Source: an uncultured archaeon
Lineage (GTDB): Archaea > Asgardarchaeota > Lokiarchaeia > Sigyniarchaeales > SOKP01
NCBI GenBank assembly: GCA_964493715.1
Contig: CAZBPC010000009.1
Coordinates: 51,282-72,950, forward strand
Direction of reading: 5' to 3'
DNA: 21,669 nucleotides
Below the pieces are notes generated by a model. That model did no database searches. It was not told where the DNA came from and saw only the letters and a list, made by a program, of their open reading frames with translations. A program made the position numbers and the translations under genes. This document shows, piece by piece, positions 1 to 7,251 of this stretch. The stretch's first letter is position 1, and the number at the start of each line of letters is the position of its first letter.

Positions 1-2
1 AT

Positions 3-2459
3 AATTATGATTTTAATATAACTATAGAGAATGTAGGTAATGAGACAGCTTGGGGCGTTCCAACTTTATTTCCTTTTGAACTTGAAGATATATTTGCAAT
101 AATTGGTGATTTAGGGGATGAACTGATGGATGCAATATGGGATGTTGTAAGAGCAGATTATCCAGGTCAATATGACTCTTTAGAAGATTTTTTTAATTTT
201 GATGAAAATCCTAGAATCTTTTATTTAGATAGTTTAGGAACAGGATTAATTGACACTTATTTTCCAGATTTAAATAACCTATCAAATTATTTTCCATATA
301 ATGAAGATATGGATCATGTAATAAATAAAATAAGCACTAGATATCCTCAATTAATGAGTGCTTTATTAGTGATTGGAGTTACTCCAACAGATCTTAAAGA
401 TATATTTACTAATGAAGATAGTATTTGGAATGAAGAAAACTGGATATTAGAGCCGGGGAAAAAGCTTTCTTACATATATTCTAACTTCTCAATTGAAGCC
501 CTTGATACCTTTACTCCATTTTATAATTATAGTTTCATTATTGATGATGGATTTCCACAACTTCCCGCAGTCATTTCTGGTTCTTCATTAGATGATACAG
601 ATCCTAATATGGCTCTAAATCTTGATAATGAGAGTTGGAATATTACTTCGCAAGAGAAATATGTCAATTACCATGAAATTGAAGTTCAATTTCTTTTCCA
701 GAATACCTCTTACATTAATTATTATAATAAAACGTTAGACAGAGTTTCAATCCTTATCAATTTAACAGATCCACAAAATTCCTTGACATTAGAAATCTTT
801 AATTTCTCAAGCGGACAATTTGAAGATATATCTCCTTATTTTGAATCCCAACAAAATAGTACAACCCGTTATTCATTTATTAAAAATAAAAATTCATTGG
901 ATTGGCTTTTTGATCCGCCATCTCGAAAAAATCATACGATAGTATTTAGGTTGATCGGTTCAGAATCAAGCTCTTTCAATATTAGCTTAAATTATATAGG
1001 GGTAGAATTATCTTATCGAGACATAAATCATTACGACGTATCAAGAACAAGAGTTATATACAGTACAAGTAGCGGAAAAGTACAATATGTAAGACATTCT
1101 AATTCAATTTCACTAAGTACTTACGATATGGCATCGATCATAATCTTTGCTGAATTATCAAAATATAATAGTAAAGTAGGTGAGATAGTTACTTATACAT
1201 TAAATTTTAAAAACATAGGCTCTCAAATTGCCTACGATCTTAATATTTCCATGCTTATTCCAGGAATAATGAATGATTATATTAATTTCACTTTATATGA
1301 GAATCACTTGTACTTCTATTTAGATGAATTAGCTCCCTTGGAGCAACAAAAAATTCAAATGAAATTTTATACTCCAAATACCGGTACAATAAATTCTTTA
1401 CAACTCGTTTATAACAATACGGAGAAAATAAAGAATTTAGATTCTTACGCAATAACAACACGTGCAAATGAGGTATTTTTTACTGCAAGAATTGACTTTG
1501 AAAAAACCAAACCTTTCCTAAATACAATTCAACTTCTCTATAATCCTAAAATTGAAAATCCAATGATTGATGAATTTTTCAATGTCTCAATAAACATTCA
1601 AAATAATAGCCCTAGTCGAACAAATATCTCCAATTTAGCAATATATCTTCAAGATAATTATGACGATTTAAGAATCATTCAAAATGAATTGTTTAATATT
1701 CCAAACATACAATACAGTCAAAATTTTTCTTATGATATAACATTAAAAAAATTAGATTGGAAGGGTTATTATTATCCTCCAATAAATTACTTGAATGCCC
1801 ATAATAGTCGTTTAATACAAATTTCTCAATCGACAGCTGCGATATTAGGAAATATCAACTTGACCATCATAAAAGAAATTGATAAAAACCAAGTGGAGAT
1901 AGGAGACATAATAAAAGTTACTATAACTGTTGTAAACACTGGAAATATTTGTGTAAAAAGTTTAAGATTAAATGATGAAATAAGTTTTACAAGAATAGAA
2001 TTTGCTTTAGTTGAAGGAAAATTGATGAATGTAATCGATTTTATCAATCCAGGTGAAAATAAAACATTTACATATAAAATAAGAGCTATGAGTCAAAATC
2101 TTGTAACATTAAACCCTTCAAGTATACAATTATATTATCTTTATCAATTAAAAATATCATCCAATGTTGTGGATGTCAAAATAATCATTCCCGTTCAAAC
2201 TCAAAATTTATTTATTATAGCTCCGACAGCGTTAGCACTGTTAATTGTCGCAATTTATCTCTATGAAACTAAAAAATATAACTTTAAAAAATATGAAATA
2301 CATCGAAATGAAAATATTTTATTTAGTGTCAAAGGAGTTGAGGCGATTCTCAGAGTAGAAAAAACACTCAATGAATATTTGCTTGAAATTTCCCATAAGG
2401 GGAGTAAAGGAATTAAAGATGATTTATCACCCATACCAAGAGGAGAACAAGATCAATGA
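3..2459 (+). CDS. Large membrane-anchored surface (glyco)protein with DUF11/CARDB/BatD-like Ig domains; 5'-partial
   Basis: The frame of ORF 126..2459 stays open back to the window edge (NYDFNITIENVGNETAWGV...), so the true start lies upstream. It has repeated Ig-like motifs (VGEIVTYTLNFKNIG; KEIDKNQVEIGDIIKVTITVVNTGN...INPGENKTFTYKI), many N-x-S/T sequons, a C-terminal hydrophobic helix (LFIIAPTALALLIVAIYLY) and a ~60-aa charged tail. The stop overlaps the next start (ATGA at 2456-2459). Confidence 0.75.
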   Translation, partial: NYDFNITIENVGNETAWGVPTLFPFELEDIFAIIGDLGDELMDAIWDVVRADYPGQYDSLEDFFNFDENPRIFYLDSLGTGLIDTYFPDLNNLSNYFPYNEDMDHVINKISTRYPQLMSALLVIGVTPTDLKDIFTNEDSIWNEENWILEPGKKLSYIYSNFSIEALDTFTPFYNYSFIIDDGFPQLPAVISGSSLDDTDPNMALNLDNESWNITSQEKYVNYHEIEVQFLFQNTSYINYYNKTLDRVSILINLTDPQNSLTLEIFNFSSGQFEDISPYFESQQNSTTRYSFIKNKNSLDWLFDPPSRKNHTIVFRLIGSESSSFNISLNYIGVELSYRDINHYDVSRTRVIYSTSSGKVQYVRHSNSISLSTYDMASIIIFAELSKYNSKVGEIVTYTLNFKNIGSQIAYDLNISMLIPGIMNDYINFTLYENHLYFYLDELAPLEQQKIQMKFYTPNTGTINSLQLVYNNTEKIKNLDSYAITTRANEVFFTARIDFEKTKPFLNTIQLLYNPKIENPMIDEFFNVSINIQNNSPSRTNISNLAIYLQDNYDDLRIIQNELFNIPNIQYSQNFSYDITLKKLDWKGYYYPPINYLNAHNSRLIQISQSTAAILGNINLTIIKEIDKNQVEIGDIIKVTITVVNTGNICVKSLRLNDEISFTRIEFALVEGKLMNVIDFINPGENKTFTYKIRAMSQNLVTLNPSSIQLYYLYQLKISSNVVDVKIIIPVQTQNLFIIAPTALALLIVAIYLYETKKYNFKKYEIHRNENILFSVKGVEAILRVEKTLNEYLLEISHKGSKGIKDDLSPIPRGEQDQ

Positions 2460-5400
2460 ACGTGAAATATAAAACGAGTTTCTTCATTTTTATTTTTATA
2501 TTTTCAATTGCAGGAATACAATTTCTAAATCTAAATCAAATCCATAATCAGCTTCCTTCCGAAAATGAAAAAAGGATCCTTCATCCTTCAAACTCTAACA
2601 TGCCAGATCTCATTATATTTTTCAATCAATCGACTTTTAATTCATCTGTTAAAACTACATTTACAGATTATGGAGGTCAATTAAAAGAAAATGAAGAATG
2701 GAACGGCATTTTTAATGGAATTTCTGGATTCGCAGGAGCATTACCTTCTGAAAACATTTCTAATTTTGCTTCGGAATTTAGTAATATTAATATTGAACGA
2801 GATGAGATAGTCGAATCTCAATTAAATTATGCAACATATCAATCGGGGGCAGTTAATTCGACTTGGGCAGTAAATGGATTTAATGGGGATACTGGTTCTT
2901 CGATTGTGGTTTTGGATAGTGGAATTGATTCAAATCAACAGTTCTTACAAGGTAAAATTTCAGGTTGGGAGAATTTTGTTGATACAACCCCCATTTCTGA
3001 TGAAAACGGACACGGTACCTTTATCTCTTCAATAATAGCAGGTACTGGGATAGAACGATATAATAGTCTAAATCCATCATTAATAGTAATTGCAGCGAAT
3101 TATTCTCATTTAGATCTATTTGATGAATACATTCCCTCTGCTAATTATACTTTCAAGATCGTGTCATTTAATGCAACAAAAATGAGTTCAAATATAAATA
3201 TAACCTCAAATTGGCATTTAGAGCAATCTGGAATAGATAATGTATGGTTTGAGTTATACTTTGATTCAGTATTAGTGAATTCATCCCATAATTTAATACA
3301 AAATACAAATTATCAGTTTTCTCAGCAAATTTCGCAATTTGGAACGGGAATCTATGATTTGTACATGAAATATCACAAACAACTGAATAAAATTCCTAAA
3401 TTCAATTATAATGTAAATATCTCGACTTATCCAGAAAACTATATTCCCAATTTCAATCATTTTACGGGAGTAGCAAATGCTTCCAATATTCTTTCTTATA
3501 AAATTTTGAATAATTCTGGGAATGGATATACTTCTGATTTGATCTCGGCATTAGGAAGAGTATTGCAAAGTAAAGATGCTAATAAGATAGTTTCTGCCTG
3601 TTTAAGCATTGGAACTTTAGGTAATGATGTAAAAGCAGTAACAAAAGCAATTAATGAAGTCGCCGATAATGGTATCGTCGTTGTTATTGCAGCTGGAAAT
3701 TCTGGTGTCGAAGGATCAAATCCACTTAATAAATTAGCATTAAGTGAGAATGCGATTGTTGTGGGTGCAACTAATGATAAAGATCAAGTAGCTTCTTATA
3801 GTAGTATGGGAGAATCAATTAATGATAATATAGTTAAACCAGATATTCTCGCACCAGGAGGAAGTAATTGTCCAGGACACCGTAATATTTTAGGTGCCAA
3901 AGCAAATTCTAATGATGTTACTGGTTCTCAAGGAACATCCATTTCAGCTGCAATTATCTCTGCTGCGATTAATATATTAATTGATGCGAGATGGAATGAT
4001 TGGAATGCTTGGAATTTGCATAATACTTCCCTACTAGCGAAATCATTAAAAGCAATACTTTTAATGACTGCCTCAGAGACAAATCTTGAAAGGGAAGACG
4101 ATCCTTCTACCGAAATTGATGAAAGAAATTATTCACCAGGCTCTTATATCGGAACTCCTGCAACTATTAAAGATGTTCATGAAGGTTATGGCCGTGTTAA
4201 TATTCAAGCAGCTACTGATGCTCTAATAAATTATGTAACAGTTAATTCTTCAGTTCAAAGTTCAGTAGTAAGTTCAGAAATAAATCCTTTAGCTCAACAT
4301 GTTTTTGCTCGTAGAATAAAACTCAACGCTGATCAACAATATAGCTTTGAGTTGAAAAATGTTGATAAGAATTCAAATTTAGATTTGTTCCTATTTGCTA
4401 ATTCTTCGAAAAAAAATGGAGAACCATTATTATTAGAAACCACAAGAAAGTGGTATGGTGATTTTAACTCTTTCTATTTTACACCTAAATTAAATCAAAC
4501 AGAATGCGTGATAATTGTAAAAGCAATCAGTGGTGAGAGTAGTTTTACTTTAAATATTTCAACTGTTGATAATGAATTTGCTCCAGAATTGCATATTCCA
4601 TCAATAAACTACGTTGGTGGTCAAAAGAATGCAACAATACTTTCCAGGCAAGAATATTTGGGATACAATCCAAATAAGAATTATTCAATAGATAGTTATC
4701 GCTTTTATATTGACTACTTTGATATAGATGTTTCAAATGTACCTCCACAAGAAATATACGTATCAATATTGGAAACATCAACGAATTATTCAATGTCTCA
4801 ACTCTTTGACTTTGATACTAATTTCACGGATGGAGCACGTTTCATAAGCGATTATATGGAATTTCCTTCATCAGGTATTTATCACTACTTTTTCGTGGCT
4901 AGTGATGGCTTTTTTAAGGCAAGATTTCCTGAATTAGGCTTTTTAAATATTTCATTGGAATTTCCCGAAGATAGTGTAAAATTCCCTTATTCTCATTATT
5001 TCAATAATGGTTGGAATAATTGGACTACTATTGGAACTGGATGGGATCTCTTATATCAATCAAATCAAATTGATGACCGATCGTTATTATATAGTACTCA
5101 ATGGAAAAGTGTTTATTTTGGAAGAGACCATCAGTTCCCAACGAATTATACTTATCAACCATATATTTTATCAGATCCATATCCAAATGGAACGTTAATC
5201 AGCCCATTATTTAATTTGACAAGATTAAACGAAAATCGAACCCAACCTTTTGCGAATTTTGGTTTGAGAACAAGTTTAAATGTTGGAGATTATATTTATT
5301 TACAAATTAATCTTAATTGGACCGGTTGGACAACTTTGATTACATATACCAATGAAGAAAGTGATTGGTTCATTGAAAGCATAAATCTAACAAGCTACAT

Positions 5401-7234
5401 AGGTAATTTTGTACAATTTCAATTTATAACAAATCTTGATAATCAATTTGATCCTATTAATTATAAAGGTTTAATGCTAGATTATTTTTCATTGGTAAAT
5501 AATACAAACGTGAATGCTCCTTTAATTGATTTTAATATAAGTAGAGATATTTTAAATACCGAGGGTTCTATTTACGACTATTTTTTAATTAATTGTAGAT
5601 ATTTCGATTTAGATGATAATTTTCCTAAATATGTCTATTTAGAAATTGGCGGTGAAAACCATTCAATGATCAATGTTTATGGCGATTGGAATCAGAGCAT
5701 TCAACTTAATGAAGGAGATGGGATTATTTTTCAAAAATCTTTAATTTTAGGAAATTATGATAATCAATCATTTAGATTTCATGTTTCTGATGGCGTATTT
5801 ACTTATAACTCTCCTTGGTATAATCAAAATAATGAAATCTTCACTTTCAAGTTTCCAACAGCTTTAGAATATAACATCATCAATAGTAATAAATTAATTG
5901 GCTATGAATTTTCTAATGATAATTTAAATGATTTCTATGTTGTTGGATACCCAAATCCGAAAGATTCTACAGCTTGGTTAAAAGGAGATAATACTTGGCA
6001 CCCAATAGAAAGATTAGATAAAAAATATTTATATGGGGGTTTAGGCATGAGTTATGGTGGATTTGAACAAGGGTATGGTTCCAATTGGGAAATTAAATTG
6101 ATATCGAAACCCATTCATCTAAGAGATGAATATACCACATTTCTCCGGTACTCCTTCGAAATTTCACTCCAAAATGAATTTTATATGGAACACGATTTGT
6201 TGGATAAATGTAGTGTTTTTATCTCCAAAAATTTTGGAGAAGATTGGATAGTGTTAAAAGAATATTTCTATAATGATGATATACTTTCGGGTAATGAAAC
6301 AATAGATCTATCCCAATATTCAGATGAAATAATTATGATAATGTTTGTTTTGGAGTCGAATAATAACACAGTTGGATTAGGTTATGGTTGGTTATTGTCT
6401 AATGTTTATATTGGATACGATAAAACAACTGACTTCATATCACCAGAAGTTATCATATTATCACCAATAAATAACCAATTAATCAGTTCTACATTTACCA
6501 TAGAAGCAAATATAACTGATAATGTTGAATTAGATTTAGCTAAAATATTTCTGTATATTGACGGTCAGGTTATTAATAGAAACACTTATTCATATAACAT
6601 TGATAAAAACTTATTAGAATATGAGTGGGATACAACACTTTACAATGATGGACAACACCTCATTAAAATCATCGCTTATGATAAAGAAGGAAACTGGATT
6701 GAAGAATCTAGATCAATAAATATACAAAATGGATTATTAAATATCCGAACTTTTGGACCATGGTTAATTATCCTTGGAATAACTCTGATTATTGGCATAG
6801 GAATATTTATAGAAGGAAAATCATGGAATAAACGCCTTAGAAGTACCAATGCTGAAAAAGTACGCCTAAAATCAATTGATAAAGATCAAATAATAAAAAG
6901 GATTGAATTGATGGAAGCGGATGAATTATCTAGACCTTTAACTGTTCATTGCAGATATTGCAAATCATGGTATTCTATGAATAATTACACCTATATATGC
7001 CCAAATTGTGAGCATGATCAAATATATGCTGCATATAACTGTTTAAATTGTGGAAAGTGGTATTTTAAAGATGAACCTGGAGAAACATATTATTGTAAGA
7101 ATAAGAATTGTGAAGGAGTAAGATTAATTAGAAGAGAAAAGCAAGAAGTTGAGGAAATATTAGCAAAAGAGGGAAAAATTTTAAAAAAATACAGAAAAAA
7201 TGATCAAAAATTTAGTGTTTTAGATTCGAATTAA
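2456..7234 (+). CDS. Membrane-anchored S8 family (subtilisin-like) serine protease with multidomain ectodomain and C-terminal zinc-ribbon tail
   Basis: N-terminal signal/anchor (KYKTSFFIFIFIFSIAGIQFL) and an I9-like propeptide. Catalytic motifs are VVLDSGID (D154), NGHGT (H186), AAGNSG (N415), YSSMG..KPDILAPG and GTS (S495), followed by GYGRVN. There is an Ig-like domain (EWDTTLYNDGQHLIKIIAYDKEGN), a TM helix (WLIILGITLIIGIGIFI), and then CRYC, CPNC, CLNC and CKNKNC. Confidence 0.9.
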   Translation: MNVKYKTSFFIFIFIFSIAGIQFLNLNQIHNQLPSENEKRILHPSNSNMPDLIIFFNQSTFNSSVKTTFTDYGGQLKENEEWNGIFNGISGFAGALPSENISNFASEFSNINIERDEIVESQLNYATYQSGAVNSTWAVNGFNGDTGSSIVVLDSGIDSNQQFLQGKISGWENFVDTTPISDENGHGTFISSIIAGTGIERYNSLNPSLIVIAANYSHLDLFDEYIPSANYTFKIVSFNATKMSSNINITSNWHLEQSGIDNVWFELYFDSVLVNSSHNLIQNTNYQFSQQISQFGTGIYDLYMKYHKQLNKIPKFNYNVNISTYPENYIPNFNHFTGVANASNILSYKILNNSGNGYTSDLISALGRVLQSKDANKIVSACLSIGTLGNDVKAVTKAINEVADNGIVVVIAAGNSGVEGSNPLNKLALSENAIVVGATNDKDQVASYSSMGESINDNIVKPDILAPGGSNCPGHRNILGAKANSNDVTGSQGTSISAAIISAAINILIDARWNDWNAWNLHNTSLLAKSLKAILLMTASETNLEREDDPSTEIDERNYSPGSYIGTPATIKDVHEGYGRVNIQAATDALINYVTVNSSVQSSVVSSEINPLAQHVFARRIKLNADQQYSFELKNVDKNSNLDLFLFANSSKKNGEPLLLETTRKWYGDFNSFYFTPKLNQTECVIIVKAISGESSFTLNISTVDNEFAPELHIPSINYVGGQKNATILSRQEYLGYNPNKNYSIDSYRFYIDYFDIDVSNVPPQEIYVSILETSTNYSMSQLFDFDTNFTDGARFISDYMEFPSSGIYHYFFVASDGFFKARFPELGFLNISLEFPEDSVKFPYSHYFNNGWNNWTTIGTGWDLLYQSNQIDDRSLLYSTQWKSVYFGRDHQFPTNYTYQPYILSDPYPNGTLISPLFNLTRLNENRTQPFANFGLRTSLNVGDYIYLQINLNWTGWTTLITYTNEESDWFIESINLTSYIGNFVQFQFITNLDNQFDPINYKGLMLDYFSLVNNTNVNAPLIDFNISRDILNTEGSIYDYFLINCRYFDLDDNFPKYVYLEIGGENHSMINVYGDWNQSIQLNEGDGIIFQKSLILGNYDNQSFRFHVSDGVFTYNSPWYNQNNEIFTFKFPTALEYNIINSNKLIGYEFSNDNLNDFYVVGYPNPKDSTAWLKGDNTWHPIERLDKKYLYGGLGMSYGGFEQGYGSNWEIKLISKPIHLRDEYTTFLRYSFEISLQNEFYMEHDLLDKCSVFISKNFGEDWIVLKEYFYNDDILSGNETIDLSQYSDEIIMIMFVLESNNNTVGLGYGWLLSNVYIGYDKTTDFISPEVIILSPINNQLISSTFTIEANITDNVELDLAKIFLYIDGQVINRNTYSYNIDKNLLEYEWDTTLYNDGQHLIKIIAYDKEGNWIEESRSINIQNGLLNIRTFGPWLIILGITLIIGIGIFIEGKSWNKRLRSTNAEKVRLKSIDKDQIIKRIELMEADELSRPLTVHCRYCKSWYSMNNYTYICPNCEHDQIYAAYNCLNCGKWYFKDEPGETYYCKNKNCEGVRLIRREKQEVEEILAKEGKILKKYRKNDQKFSVLDSN

Positions 7235-7251
7235 CAAGAATATGAAAAAAT

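Noticed and set aside
126-128. ATG at 126 as the start of the first gene
   Set aside because: The frame is open to the window edge and the upstream translation continues an Ig-like motif. There is no signal peptide at 126, so the gene is 5'-truncated.
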